Shown piece after piece: positions 24,927 to 35,736 of a stretch of 41,635 nt of DNA. The first letter of the stretch is position 1. Every line of letters starts with the position of its first letter. A model generated the notes under the pieces. The model was not told the origin of the DNA, made no database searches, and saw only the letters and a program-made list of their open reading frames with translations. Both the position numbers and the translations under genes were made by a program. This stretch comes from a virus. The stretch covers positions 1-41,635 of IMG/VR virus record IMGVR_UViG_3300045988_169872; one strand, written 5' to 3'.

Positions 24927-27900
24927 CAATGCTGTTTTCGGAAATCTATAGCCCGTCCTCTCAGCAACCGCAGATGAGCGAAGAACAGATGCGGCAGGCG
25001 AGAATCAACCGCTGGGGCACGGATGCCGTTGGCCCTCGTGATGCGTTCTCGGAGGATTATTCGGATAAGTTCAATACCGTTTTGTCGCCTGATGAGGAAG
25101 AAAAATATCAGGCATGGGCGACAGAGAATCACCGCGAAAAGGACGTTTACGACTACGACTTGCGCGGTGCCTGGAAAGAGATGCAGTCCGGCACGATGTC
25201 TGAGGATGAGCGCGGCCACTTTGGCGACAAATACAAAAAGCCGAATCATCCGACTTTCTCGGATCAGTCGATTTACAGCGGTCAGGACGGTGTGACGGGT
25301 GGCGTATGGTCTCGGAATGCTGAGGGAAAGGACGTTTACACCCCGGGGCGGAAACTGTCGTCGGTTGAGGCAGATCGGCTGCGCCGTTACTTCCTGCGCA
25401 ATGAGCCCGGCGTCGTGCTCGATCTGAAGGACAAGGTGTTTGAAGAACGTCCGCTTCCGGGCGTCAATATGCCTCTCGGCGTCTTCTCAGGGCTTGGCGA
25501 TACGTGGAAGGGCATTCCCGCTGCGGTGCTGCAGACGGCGAGTTCCGCTATCACGGCTTTTAAGAACACCGGGGCCGATGTTCTCTCCCGTATGGGCAGG
25601 GACGAAACCCGCGCCTGGTGGGAGGGGCAAAAGGCGGTCATGGATCAGGCCGCCCGGGATATTCGCGATTACAACAAGGTTCACTTTGAGGTCGATCCCG
25701 AAACGATGGGTACGGCTTCTCAGATTGTCTACGGGCTTTTCAAGACGCTTCCGAAGGCAATTGGTTACGGTTTGGCGGGCGGCGTCGCCGGCGGCGCACT
25801 GGCTTTCGGCGCTGACGTGGGCATCGATGAGACGAATCGCCTGATGGATGAGGGCGTAGACCGCGACACGGCTATCAATGCCGGCCTGGTGTCGTTCGGG
25901 ATGAACGCAATAGGTATGCGGCTTCCGGCGGTTCTCGGTGCGAGTCGCGGTATGTCCATGGCGTACGGCGCTGCGGCGAATGCCGGGACGAATGTGGCCG
26001 AAGTCGAGGGGATCAAATTCATCCTCGAACATCAGGATTACAACCAACTGGCTCAGCAGTACGACTTGAACGGCGTGGACTTGGCGGTAAGCGCTGCGAT
26101 GGGCGCAGCCTTCGGCGGGGCGTTTTGGCGCAGTCCTGAGCAGATTCGTACGCAGAAGTATCAGGACGCGGCCCGTCTTGTCTACGAGGATCAGCGGACG
26201 GCTCTTTTCAACAAAGGACAGAGTCAGTTCAACTTCCAGCAGGCGGGCGTACAGGCGGCGATTAACTCCCGCGCCGTGGTGGCCCTTGCGAAGAATCTAG
26301 GGATTGAACCGGACAAGGTTCGGGACTTCTCGGCAAAGATCGTGTGGTCGGAGGATGGAAAGTCTGCGGAGGTACCGAAAGAAGCCTTCAATATGCCGGT
26401 GACCCAGGGGCAGAACTGGCAATACGGGGATCGTGCAGCGAAGAACCCAGATTACAGGGTAAGGGTAACGCGCATAGAGAGCGACGATTCTGCGGTTCCG
26501 GATAACAAGGGGCTGGCTCAACTTATCAAGCCGTATCGCGGTGATAACGCAGTTCCGTTGGATAATGAAGTTACCGGGTGGCGTTTCACTATTGGCGCCG
26601 ATGATTCTGATGAGATCGTTCACGGTATTTCCCGTTTAAAGCGCGGTACCGAAAGCCGGGCGGCTAACGCAGTAGTTTTGAAAAATCTCCCTGAAGTGGT
26701 GAAGCACGCTTTCCCTGCGGAAAGTTACCGAGACATAAAAGCGTCTCAGGGGGTTAAATCCGCGGACAAAACCCTGCGCGGAATGCACCGGTTCTACTCT
26801 CCGGTGGTTATCGACGGAAAAGAGTTTCTTGTCAAAATCACTGTAAAAGATCGGATTTCGGACGGCGGGAAAGGAAGCAAAGATCGACTGGCGGCTTATC
26901 AAATTACCGGGATAGAAACAGAAAAGGCTCAACCAATTGTTGAGCCCTCTGTCCGCGGAGGCGATGCTTCGGCGGGGGGAAGCCCTTCAGAGGTTTTGCG
27001 CTCCGACGATTCATCCCCAAATGATCCTATTGCATCGCGTTATACCGAGGATGAAATCACTGTACGCGATATGTTGACGGGTGTCAAGCGCGATGGGGAT
27101 GTTGTTTACAAAAAGGAAACAGGTGCGGACGGCAAAGAATCCTGGGTGAAGGATGAGGATAAGCGTTCTCGTTTCTTCGTGGATGAGCCGAACGAGTGGG
27201 CTTATGCCGAAGATGGCGGCTATTGGCGTAACCCGGCAGACCCTGCGTTCGATATGGAGTTCAATCAGATCATCGGCGAAATCCGCGGTTCCTTCAACCT
27301 GCAGACGAACACTATCAAACTCACGCCGAATGCGAATCTTTCCACGTTCTCGCACGAACACTCGCACTGGTACCTGACGAATCTCTTTGCGCACGCGGCC
27401 GACAAAAACATTTCCCCGGAAGCGCGGGCCGACATTGACGCCTTGCTGAAGGCATTCGGTCTCAAGTCCGTTGAGGAATACAACGCCCTGCCTTTCGAGA
27501 AGATAGTCAAGCTGCAGGAGCAGTACGCAGCTTGGACGGAACGCTATCTCGCTGAAGGTGAGGTGCCGGCAGGGTATTTGCAGGGTATGTTCCGGAACTT
27601 CGCCCGGTGGTTGATGGATATGTACCGTGACCTCATAGGCGAAGGTGCCGGCGACGATGCAGCAAAGAAGGAAATCGGGGAACGCTACAAGGCACAGTTC
27701 GGCGAAGATCTACCGGAACTTTCGCCCGATGTTCGCCGGGTGCTTAACCGGATGTACGACGCCGAAAAGAAAATGGCGTCCTTCCGGTCGAATTCCAAGC
27801 AGGTGACGGCGGCTCGTGTCATTCAGGCTCAGCGTACGAATAATCAAAAGGTTACGGCTCCCCTGCAGAATGGTTCGGCTCCTGACCACTTCATGGCGGC

Positions 27901-29752
27901 GATTCGCTCTCAGCAGCAAGCGGCCCAGGCGATGAACTCCGGCGAGCAGGTGGATGTTTCTCAGACGATGAAAAACGTCCCGGTGAACGATGCAACGGTT
28001 CGGCAGGCGCAGAACGCCTTCGCGAAGTCCTTCCAGATAGGCGACACGGGGACGATTGTGGTGCTTCAGAACCGTGACCGCACGGGCGCAGTGTCTGTCG
28101 GACAGATGAACGCCATTGCCACGACCCCGGACTACACGCGCCTTTCAGTTTCCCGCACGACGGATTCCGGTGCGCCGATTGTGTCCTACGGGACGGTGCC
28201 TGATTCTCGGTATCTTGGAAACACGGAAACCGTGGCTGACGGCAGCCACAAAATCCCGATGACCTACGCAGTGGTCGAGGCGGATTCGGTGCTCCGCTCC
28301 AATAACTTTGATGGGACGCCAGTTCCGGAATACGGTACTGATCCTTCCCGGATGCACGCGATAGCGGGTAACGGGCGCATGGCGGGGCTTTCTGAAGCCT
28401 ATAACCGTGGAACGGCTGAGCAATATCGACAGGATTTGATGGCCGATGCGCAGTCCGTGGGGATCAATCCGGAAGTAGTGGCAGGGATGCAGCACCCGGT
28501 GCTGGTGCGCATCATGCCGCCGGAAGCTGTGACGACGGGATTTATCGAGCGCTCGAATTCTTCGAACGTCTTGGAAAAGTCGGCTCTCGAAACGGCGGTG
28601 CAGGATTCGCCGCGGATCCGTAACAATGTTTGGAAGTATCAGTTCGATGAGGACGGCGCGCCGACTCCGGAGACGGCGCGGCAGTTCACGATTGACATTG
28701 GTGAACCGAATTCCCTCGGGAAGCTCCTCACGGCAGACGGGCGGCCGACAGAGACCGCGACGAATCGACTCCGTGCGGCTGTCTTCTATGAAGCCTACCG
28801 AGATCGGATGTTGACGGCCCTGGTGGCGGACGATACCGATAAGCAGGGTATCAAGCGCATTTTGAACGCAATGGCGGCTTTCGCGCCTCACGTTATCAAC
28901 ATCCGAGAAGCCTCGAACGACGCGGTTGACCTGGGGCCGGTGTTGGTGGACGTGGTGAACCGCATCCGTAACGCGAAGATCGAAGGGACGCCGCTTGAAA
29001 GTATCGTCGGACAGGGTGACGTATTTGGCGATAACCCGGCGGTGCAGCAGCTTTTAGGCTTCATCGCTGAGAATCAGAACTCGGCCGCTGCCATTGCTCG
29101 GGTGCTTGAACCGTTCGCAGCTGCGGTGGAAAACCGGCTGAAGTCGTCCGGCAATGGGCCTCAGGCAGGTTTGTTTGGTGAAGCAGAAAACGTTACGACA
29201 GACCTCGCCGACGTGATGGGTATCTTCCGGGATACGCAAAACCGCCTGATTGACGAAGGCAATGCGGCGATGCGCGAGAAGGGGGCTACCGAGGGCTTCC
29301 GTGAGGCACTCCCTGCGGTGGATGTTATGGCGATGCGCAATACCTTGCAAGCGATGCAACAGGCAGAAAAACCGGCCGAAAACGTGGTGAAGTCGGTCGT
29401 AGAGACCGTGGCCGAAGATGCCGGAGTTGCGTCAGAACCTCCGACCGATATTCCGCCGGATGCAGGGTTGGACGCTGAGGCGAAGGCTGCGGCTGAACTT
29501 GAGGCGCATCAGGCTCACGAACTCGAAGGACTATCCGAAGAAAACTCCGAACGTGTGCAGGTCGAGGATTTGGCTGCGCTTAATCCTGATTTTGTCTATA
29601 AATTCAAGGATGAAAATGGCATTGAGCACCAAATGACGGCTGCTGCGATTTTGGCGGATGAAGCCTCGATTGATAAGCAGGCGGATACGGATATGGCTGG
29701 GTTGGCAACGGCCGCAATGTGCATCATCAGAAACAACGGGATTCCGGCATGA
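24923..29752 (+). CDS. Polyvalent virion protein (1609 aa) with glycine-zipper membrane segments, an RNase-like (PBECR/MuF-C-like) module, an HExxH module and a DdrB-ParB-like module
   Basis: ATGA overlap with the upstream gene. Motifs: GYGLAGGVAGGALAFGADVG; LKNLPEVVKHAF...FYSPVVIDGKEFLVKITVKD; FSHEHSHWY (nt 27353-27367) with EQYAAWTERYLAEGEVPAGYLQGMFRNFARWL; VVLQNRDR (from nt 28067), SGAPIV and AGNGR (nt 28367-28378). Confidence 0.8.
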   Translation: MTMLFSEIYSPSSQQPQMSEEQMRQARINRWGTDAVGPRDAFSEDYSDKFNTVLSPDEEEKYQAWATENHREKDVYDYDLRGAWKEMQSGTMSEDERGHFGDKYKKPNHPTFSDQSIYSGQDGVTGGVWSRNAEGKDVYTPGRKLSSVEADRLRRYFLRNEPGVVLDLKDKVFEERPLPGVNMPLGVFSGLGDTWKGIPAAVLQTASSAITAFKNTGADVLSRMGRDETRAWWEGQKAVMDQAARDIRDYNKVHFEVDPETMGTASQIVYGLFKTLPKAIGYGLAGGVAGGALAFGADVGIDETNRLMDEGVDRDTAINAGLVSFGMNAIGMRLPAVLGASRGMSMAYGAAANAGTNVAEVEGIKFILEHQDYNQLAQQYDLNGVDLAVSAAMGAAFGGAFWRSPEQIRTQKYQDAARLVYEDQRTALFNKGQSQFNFQQAGVQAAINSRAVVALAKNLGIEPDKVRDFSAKIVWSEDGKSAEVPKEAFNMPVTQGQNWQYGDRAAKNPDYRVRVTRIESDDSAVPDNKGLAQLIKPYRGDNAVPLDNEVTGWRFTIGADDSDEIVHGISRLKRGTESRAANAVVLKNLPEVVKHAFPAESYRDIKASQGVKSADKTLRGMHRFYSPVVIDGKEFLVKITVKDRISDGGKGSKDRLAAYQITGIETEKAQPIVEPSVRGGDASAGGSPSEVLRSDDSSPNDPIASRYTEDEITVRDMLTGVKRDGDVVYKKETGADGKESWVKDEDKRSRFFVDEPNEWAYAEDGGYWRNPADPAFDMEFNQIIGEIRGSFNLQTNTIKLTPNANLSTFSHEHSHWYLTNLFAHAADKNISPEARADIDALLKAFGLKSVEEYNALPFEKIVKLQEQYAAWTERYLAEGEVPAGYLQGMFRNFARWLMDMYRDLIGEGAGDDAAKKEIGERYKAQFGEDLPELSPDVRRVLNRMYDAEKKMASFRSNSKQVTAARVIQAQRTNNQKVTAPLQNGSAPDHFMAAIRSQQQAAQAMNSGEQVDVSQTMKNVPVNDATVRQAQNAFAKSFQIGDTGTIVVLQNRDRTGAVSVGQMNAIATTPDYTRLSVSRTTDSGAPIVSYGTVPDSRYLGNTETVADGSHKIPMTYAVVEADSVLRSNNFDGTPVPEYGTDPSRMHAIAGNGRMAGLSEAYNRGTAEQYRQDLMADAQSVGINPEVVAGMQHPVLVRIMPPEAVTTGFIERSNSSNVLEKSALETAVQDSPRIRNNVWKYQFDEDGAPTPETARQFTIDIGEPNSLGKLLTADGRPTETATNRLRAAVFYEAYRDRMLTALVADDTDKQGIKRILNAMAAFAPHVINIREASNDAVDLGPVLVDVVNRIRNAKIEGTPLESIVGQGDVFGDNPAVQQLLGFIAENQNSAAAIARVLEPFAAAVENRLKSSGNGPQAGLFGEAENVTTDLADVMGIFRDTQNRLIDEGNAAMREKGATEGFREALPAVDVMAMRNTLQAMQQAEKPAENVVKSVVETVAEDAGVASEPPTDIPPDAGLDAEAKAAAELEAHQAHELEGLSEENSERVQVEDLAALNPDFVYKFKDENGIEHQMTAAAILADEASIDKQADTDMAGLATAAMCIIRNNGIPA

Positions 29753-32286
29753 AACAAGAATGTAAGGACTTGATCGGGCAGACGCTCGGTCGCAAAGAAG
29801 GCACAATCAGCGAAGACGAAGGCAACAAGATTATCGCGGCCTTCGAGTCCAAAATGAACACGCTTTCCAAACGCAAAGATTTTTGGGAACGCTGGGGCTC
29901 AATGACTCAGGCGGAACGCATTCAGGCCGCCGGTGGTGAGCTGGCGAAGGATTTACAGGAGCAGGCTCGGCAAAAGAAGGCTGCGCGTTATAAGCAGGTT
30001 CTCGCACAAAACCGCTCGCTGCGAGAATTGGATCGCCTTGCGCGGGAAGAGGACATTCACGCTCACGCGGGCGTCGCCAAACTGATGCTCGGTGTCGAAC
30101 GCGCTGCGAAAGGTATTCGAAATGAGTACCTGACTTCGATGCTCGATACGCTTAACGGCATTCGCTCGAAATGGCTTGGTTTTATGGAAAACGCCGAAGA
30201 TGCTCGCGATTTCGCACGTGAGGTCTATGGTGAAGACACAAAGAATGCCCGTGCGAAGGCCGCGGCTGAGGCATGGGCAAAGACGGCGAAGGATATGCGG
30301 GGCCGTGCCTTACATGCAGGTGCAAGGATTGGTCTTATTGACTATGGCTATATTCCGCAGTCGCACGATTGGGCGAAAGTCCGAAATAAAAAAGGCGGCG
30401 GGAAGAATGCGTGGATTGATGAGGTGTTCCCGCTTATGGACAGAACCCGCTATAAGCAGGACAACGGTCAGCGAATGACCGACAGTCAGTTGCGGGACTT
30501 CCTTGGTGAGGCATGGGAAGACATTGTGACTTCCGGCCATAACGCAGATAATCTGTGGGACGCCTTGGAAACTCCGGTAGAACCGAGTTTAGTGGGTTAC
30601 AAGAAGTATCCTCATCGTGAGCTGCATTTCAAGGATGCGGATTCGTACCTGCAATACGAAGCGAAGTATGGTCAGGGTAGTTTGACGAGTACGCTCATCG
30701 GGCACGTTTCCAAGATGAGCCACGACATAGCGATGATGGAGGGGTTCGGGCCACAAGCGGAGACGACGTTCAAATTTCTCAAAGAGATTGCCGACGCTCA
30801 GGCGCTTGATGCTCGGCGCGAGAAAAGTAGCTGGGAACTTCTCACGAAATATTCAGATCACCACGGCCTGACGCGGGTTACGTTGGATGAAATGTGGCGC
30901 GTGCTTTCCGGTGAGGCTAGTGCGATGGCGGTCAATTCTGAACCCGCCGTGCGTTTCCTCTCTGGGTGGCGAAATCTCGAAGTTGCCGGCAAATTGGGGA
31001 AAGCGTTTATTTCGTCCTTCTCCGATATTGCGACGTATTTTGTGGCTACCGGTTTCAGCCGTATGGATTTTGGACAGGGGATGCGTTTTCTCTTTTCGGC
31101 CTACGGCTCTGACTGGAAAGACTATGCGAATCGTTGCGGCCTCATTGCCGACAGTATCTCGTCCGACTTCATTCGGTGGGGTAGCGATAATTTGGGACAA
31201 GGGTGGACAGCCAAACTGGCGAATGCCTCCATGAAGGCTTCATTCCTGACGGCGTGGACTGATGCGGTGCGCCGGGCGTTCAACCTCAATATGCTGGCGT
31301 CCCTCGGTAAACTCATTGAGAAAGATTGGTCGGCGTTGGATGATTATGATCGGGCGCGTCTCCAAGACGGCGGTATCGGCGAAGCCGAATGGCGGCTGAT
31401 GCAGGAGGCTGGAACGGAAGAGTTCAAGGGAGTCAAGTTTCTCTCCTACAAGCGGTTGAAAGAGATTTCTTCGGATCCGAAGAGGATGATCGTTGACGAG
31501 AACACCGAGTCCCTTGCGAGTAAGGTTATCGGCTTTATCCTTAATGAAGGCGAAATGGCATCCCTCAATCCCGACTTGATTACTCGGACGGAAGCAAGCC
31601 GTGGTAATAAGCGCGGAACCATGTCGGGCGAGTTATGGCGTGCTGCAATGCTCTTCAAGTCGTTTCCTTTGTCAATGATGGAGCGGCATTGGCGGCGCGT
31701 TCAGTTTCTGAACCGCCACGGGAGTTTTGTGGATCAACTGGGATATGTGGCGGGTGTCACTGTGGCGACGACGGTCATGGGGGCATTGTCTCTTCAGATT
31801 CAAGACTTGCTCAATGGCAAAGATGCCGAAGATGTGTTCTCCGGAAAATTCTGGGCGGCTGCGCTGACAAAGGGTGGCGGCTTAGGCTTCCTTGGGGACT
31901 GGATTGTGAACGGGCTCTCGGATGATTCGCGTTACGGTGCAATGTCTGGCGCGGCTAACATTCTTGGCCCTCAGCTTGGTTCGGTGATTGAGGCTTCGGA
32001 CGCGGCGTTTGCTTGGGCTCGTGCACCTATCTACGACAAGGACACAAAACCCGGTGCGAAAACTGTGCGTTCAATCCGCTCGCACCTTCCGTTCCTCAAT
32101 ATGTGGTACACGTCAACGGCGATTGACCGCGCCTTTATGAACGAGTTCAATGAGTGGATGTCGCCGGGATACCTGTCGCGGATGGAAAAGAAGCTGCGCC
32201 GTGGGACTGGACAGGACTACTGGTTGCCGCTTGACAGTCTCACGCCGACGCGCGCGCCGAGAATGGCGGATCAACCGAGAAAATAA
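29749..32286 (+). CDS. Large virion/ejection protein (845 aa)
   Basis: The ATG at 29749 forms an ATGA overlap with the polyvalent protein stop. The track ORF begins earlier, at 29719. Confidence 0.6.
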   Translation: MKQECKDLIGQTLGRKEGTISEDEGNKIIAAFESKMNTLSKRKDFWERWGSMTQAERIQAAGGELAKDLQEQARQKKAARYKQVLAQNRSLRELDRLAREEDIHAHAGVAKLMLGVERAAKGIRNEYLTSMLDTLNGIRSKWLGFMENAEDARDFAREVYGEDTKNARAKAAAEAWAKTAKDMRGRALHAGARIGLIDYGYIPQSHDWAKVRNKKGGGKNAWIDEVFPLMDRTRYKQDNGQRMTDSQLRDFLGEAWEDIVTSGHNADNLWDALETPVEPSLVGYKKYPHRELHFKDADSYLQYEAKYGQGSLTSTLIGHVSKMSHDIAMMEGFGPQAETTFKFLKEIADAQALDARREKSSWELLTKYSDHHGLTRVTLDEMWRVLSGEASAMAVNSEPAVRFLSGWRNLEVAGKLGKAFISSFSDIATYFVATGFSRMDFGQGMRFLFSAYGSDWKDYANRCGLIADSISSDFIRWGSDNLGQGWTAKLANASMKASFLTAWTDAVRRAFNLNMLASLGKLIEKDWSALDDYDRARLQDGGIGEAEWRLMQEAGTEEFKGVKFLSYKRLKEISSDPKRMIVDENTESLASKVIGFILNEGEMASLNPDLITRTEASRGNKRGTMSGELWRAAMLFKSFPLSMMERHWRRVQFLNRHGSFVDQLGYVAGVTVATTVMGALSLQIQDLLNGKDAEDVFSGKFWAAALTKGGGLGFLGDWIVNGLSDDSRYGAMSGAANILGPQLGSVIEASDAAFAWARAPIYDKDTKPGAKTVRSIRSHLPFLNMWYTSTAIDRAFMNEFNEWMSPGYLSRMEKKLRRGTGQDYWLPLDSLTPTRAPRMADQPRK

Positions 32287-32290
32287 ACTA

Positions 32291-32311
32291 AGCCCCCGGC
32301 GTGCGGGGGCT
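32291..32311. terminator. Bidirectional hairpin terminator between convergent structural blocks
   Basis: AGCCCCCG-gcgtg-CGGGGGCT followed by TTTTaa. Confidence 0.8.
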
Positions 32312-32337
32312 TTTTAATTCGGGCGAAATCTACAGAA

Positions 32338-35019
32338 TTAGACGATTTCCAACTGCGTCGTAATACTGACAATCTTCATCGGCAAGGGCTGGTTTTGCCG
32401 GATACAGATTTGTCCGCCGTCTCCCCAACGGGGATTGACCTGCGTCGTCACTTCGCCCGTGATGGGTGTCGGCGGTGTGCCGGCAAGTTCCGTGCCGCGT
32501 GCGGGGTAGTCTGTGAGTTTATCGAACGTCGGGCCCGTCTGCAGCCCTGACGTGTTGACAAGACGTACGGAAACCTTCTGAACGTTCTTCATGTGGCCTG
32601 AGCCGAAAGAACCGTCCTGCAGCGCCAAGGCAATCGGCAAAGTTTGAAGGTCGGCGGTGTACGGCAGTCCGATATGCACCAACGACGCTGGCTCCTGCAA
32701 CTTGATTTTCCCGTCTTTCACTACTTGGTTCGGTTCTACTGAGCCGTCGGCCAAGATGGAAACAGTGGCGCCTTCGAGCCACGTCAGCCCGGAAATCTCG
32801 TTCTTGGCATCGCCGCGATAGGTCCCGCAACAATCCAGGTGCACACTCTCTTCGAGTTTGTTGTACTTGCGCTCGTGCATTCGTTCGATAAAGCGGCGGG
32901 TGGCGCCGTTGATCGTACGGCGAACGACGACGTAAAGCGCGTCCTCTTCGCCTTCCGGAACGACGGCGCACGACTCAAAGGTGCCGTCCGTAGTAAGGGA
33001 AGAGAATGCGCCGACGGACTGTTCCGGAACGTAGGTGAACGCAATCAGGTTGCCGGCAGAGCTGACACACCAAATGATCGGCCACGGGGCTTTTGAGTAA
33101 GAAAGGTCGATAGGTTCCAGGTTGTCGAAAAGGTGGTTTGCCCGGAGGCAGACGTCATTTGTGACGAAACCGCCGGCTTCGTACGAGTAGCCGCATTCCC
33201 GAAGGTGTCCGCCACGGGCGCTCGCGTAAATGCAGGCGTTGTTGATTACCAACGGTTGCACAGAATTGGCGCCGACATACGACTGGGGGCGCACGGACAT
33301 TGACGTTGGGGTGATGGCGTCTGAGTTTAACGGACTGACTCGCCATTCGGCTGCGGCCGTGAAAAGCATCAGCTGAGACAGTGGCACAAAGTGCTGAATG
33401 CGGTTGGCTTCACGGGCGGCGACGCGGATGGCGATGCGGTCGTCATCCTGCGACGGCAGGCTGTAGCTCATATCAGACTCAGTGCCGGACTTGGTGGCCC
33501 AGATGTTATTGGGGCGGTTGTAGGTGCCGCCGAACCAACGACGCTGCTCGAAGTACGTTACGGCTCCGGGAAAGTCGCCGGATTGACCGACGGTGGCGGT
33601 AGCTGTAGCCCCTGATCCGCCTGACTTACTTCCGTCAATGTGTACGACAGGATTGGTGTATCCCGAGCCTGGCTTCTTGATTACGATGCTGACTATGACA
33701 CCGTTTTGGACGACGGCCTCAAGTTCAGCCCCTGAGCCGGTGGCGTCGGTGACGTAGACGTTAGGGGCGGGGGCCGGTTCCAAGACGACGGGGAAATAGT
33801 AGTCGCACCTTGCTCCTTTAGAGCCACACTCCAAACTTGCGTGAAATTGGGCTCCCTCCGTATAGCCTTCCCCGCGAGATGTGAGGGAAACGCCCGTCAG
33901 GTAAGCGTTCACCCAAGTGCCAAAGACCCTATTGTTGTTTACGTAAGTTAGGCGCCCTTTCCCTCCGGAGCCGCTGCCTTCGACAGTTCCATCAACGTAA
34001 AACACTTGAGAAAGTGTTGGGTTGGGGTAGGGAATACCTTGCTTGTCGTCATGATGGAATTTTTCAGCGGCTAAGTTTACGGATACGGTGTTTCCGTTTG
34101 ATCCGACGATTCGTCCTTTTTGCGAAATATATGAAACGCTTCGCAATAAACCATACCCGCTCCCGCCATTGGTGACTTTGACCGATGTGATGCCGCCGGA
34201 TTGCCCGAAGGGGTCGTCGTAAATAGGCGGGGTGATTGATGCGTCGGGGTCGATCTGTTCGTCCCGAATGCTGAGAGTTTTCGTCTGGCCAATGAAGCAC
34301 CAAACGCCGCCCTGATTGCGATACACGCGATAAAGTTCTGCGCCGGATACGGCGTTCCAATATATGGTGTTGTATGCGCCGGTTCCATACGGATTACAGC
34401 GGATGGAAGTCGCCGGGCCTGCTGCGGACTCGCTTGAGCCGTCAGACTTCAGGGCAGTGATGCAGTATTCCCGGGTGTAGTCCTCTTTATTCTGCACGTC
34501 ACCATTGATGGACTGTTCGACGGTAGGAGCACCCGGTGAGGGCAACGCGCCTTTAAAGTTGATTTCCACAAGACGCCAATCAACGACGCTGTAGCGGCGT
34601 AGTTCTCTCGGTGCATAGGCCGGATGAACGATGGTGAGAACGTCGGCGGATTGAACATAATGCAACGAGAAAAGATCGTCGGCACTGTATGGCGTAGCGA
34701 CTTCGTACGGCTGTCCGTTGCTGCCTAACAGGGTCTGCCCGTCCGTGTGAAAGCGGATGTACTTTTCTCCGAATTCGAGCACCATGGATTGATCCGTTGA
34801 GAAAGTGAACGGGATCAGCCTCACGCGTTTGTCGGCGTATTTGGCGTAGTTGACGTAAGCGAACCCAGGTCGATTCTCTGCCGGGCCACGGGGATCGATG
34901 AGGAAATTACGGCATTTGGCGAGTCCGGACTGATACTTCGGATCGCCGGCACGTCCGTACATTTCCGGTGACAATTCCCCGCCGTTGCAGGATTGCTGAT
35001 AGGTGCGGATGCTTGCCAT
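32338..35019 (-). CDS. Tail tubular protein B-like / large tail hub protein (893 aa)
   Basis: The ATG at 35019 overlaps the upstream stop (TAATG), with GGGAGG 7 nt upstream. The pairing with a gp11-like gene and the size support the call. Internal GGSGYG/PGSGYT Ig-like inserts. Confidence 0.6.
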   Translation of the reverse strand: MASIRTYQQSCNGGELSPEMYGRAGDPKYQSGLAKCRNFLIDPRGPAENRPGFAYVNYAKYADKRVRLIPFTFSTDQSMVLEFGEKYIRFHTDGQTLLGSNGQPYEVATPYSADDLFSLHYVQSADVLTIVHPAYAPRELRRYSVVDWRLVEINFKGALPSPGAPTVEQSINGDVQNKEDYTREYCITALKSDGSSESAAGPATSIRCNPYGTGAYNTIYWNAVSGAELYRVYRNQGGVWCFIGQTKTLSIRDEQIDPDASITPPIYDDPFGQSGGITSVKVTNGGSGYGLLRSVSYISQKGRIVGSNGNTVSVNLAAEKFHHDDKQGIPYPNPTLSQVFYVDGTVEGSGSGGKGRLTYVNNNRVFGTWVNAYLTGVSLTSRGEGYTEGAQFHASLECGSKGARCDYYFPVVLEPAPAPNVYVTDATGSGAELEAVVQNGVIVSIVIKKPGSGYTNPVVHIDGSKSGGSGATATATVGQSGDFPGAVTYFEQRRWFGGTYNRPNNIWATKSGTESDMSYSLPSQDDDRIAIRVAAREANRIQHFVPLSQLMLFTAAAEWRVSPLNSDAITPTSMSVRPQSYVGANSVQPLVINNACIYASARGGHLRECGYSYEAGGFVTNDVCLRANHLFDNLEPIDLSYSKAPWPIIWCVSSAGNLIAFTYVPEQSVGAFSSLTTDGTFESCAVVPEGEEDALYVVVRRTINGATRRFIERMHERKYNKLEESVHLDCCGTYRGDAKNEISGLTWLEGATVSILADGSVEPNQVVKDGKIKLQEPASLVHIGLPYTADLQTLPIALALQDGSFGSGHMKNVQKVSVRLVNTSGLQTGPTFDKLTDYPARGTELAGTPPTPITGEVTTQVNPRWGDGGQICIRQNQPLPMKIVSITTQLEIV

Positions 35020-35672
35020 TACCATACCTCCCGAGCACGAAGTTGCGACGCAATATAGGGTGCTTCCCGGCGTCTCATGGAAATCTGAGCGTCTTCGGTC
35101 TTAGCTTTTGTCAGTGCCGCTTCGTACTGTTTCATGATGTTGACAACGGTCTGAGATGTTGTATCAGCTCGCTTAACCGGACCGTAAAGGTAACTAGCGA
35201 GAAGCAACATCAGTGCGTCAACAAAATACCCAGGAAAGAGATCGGCATTGTCTACGTAGGCGACGTAGGTCAGCACCGGATCAGTGACATTGCAGAAAAG
35301 TACGCGATGGGAGTTGTTTTCAACAAGGCCTAGTTCAAAATGGCCAAGCTCGGGGTAAAGGGCGGAATCAATGCCTTCCGACAGATATTCCGCCGATTCG
35401 ATTTTTAGCGCTCGCATGAATTGGCTCGGCAGGGCGTAGGCGCCTTTGTAGCCGTAGATCGAGGCATCGACATTATTGAGTTTTGTCAGCTGACTGCGTT
35501 TGGTGGCGAAGCTCCACGGGTTTGATTCCAGGATTCGCCGAAGGGCTACAGGGTACCAACGGGCGCAGTGTCCGGCTTGGTCTGAGCCGGCCGGCGGGGT
35601 GATGGAAACTACCGTGGCGTCATCGCCAAGAATCGACAGAGCGAGATTACAAATATCAACGGATGTAGCCAT
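35019..35672 (-). CDS. Tail tubular protein A-like adaptor
   Basis: MATSVDICNLALSILGDDATVVSI...CARWYPVALRRILESNPWSFA matches the gp11-like N-terminal pattern. Confidence 0.6.
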   Translation of the reverse strand: MATSVDICNLALSILGDDATVVSITPPAGSDQAGHCARWYPVALRRILESNPWSFATKRSQLTKLNNVDASIYGYKGAYALPSQFMRALKIESAEYLSEGIDSALYPELGHFELGLVENNSHRVLFCNVTDPVLTYVAYVDNADLFPGYFVDALMLLLASYLYGPVKRADTTSQTVVNIMKQYEAALTKAKTEDAQISMRRREAPYIASQLRAREVW

Positions 35673-35693
35673 TTCAGGCCTCCTAAAGAAAAG

Positions 35694-35713
35694 GGGGCGG
35701 TTTAACCGTCCCC
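35694..35713 (-). terminator. Rho-independent terminator/attenuator after the capsid genes
   Basis: Minus strand: GGGGACGG-UUAAA-CCGCCCC followed by CUUUUCUUU, then the TAGGAGG Shine-Dalgarno of the next gene. Confidence 0.65.
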
Positions 35714-35736
35714 TCAGAGTTTGCCTTTAAAGCAGG

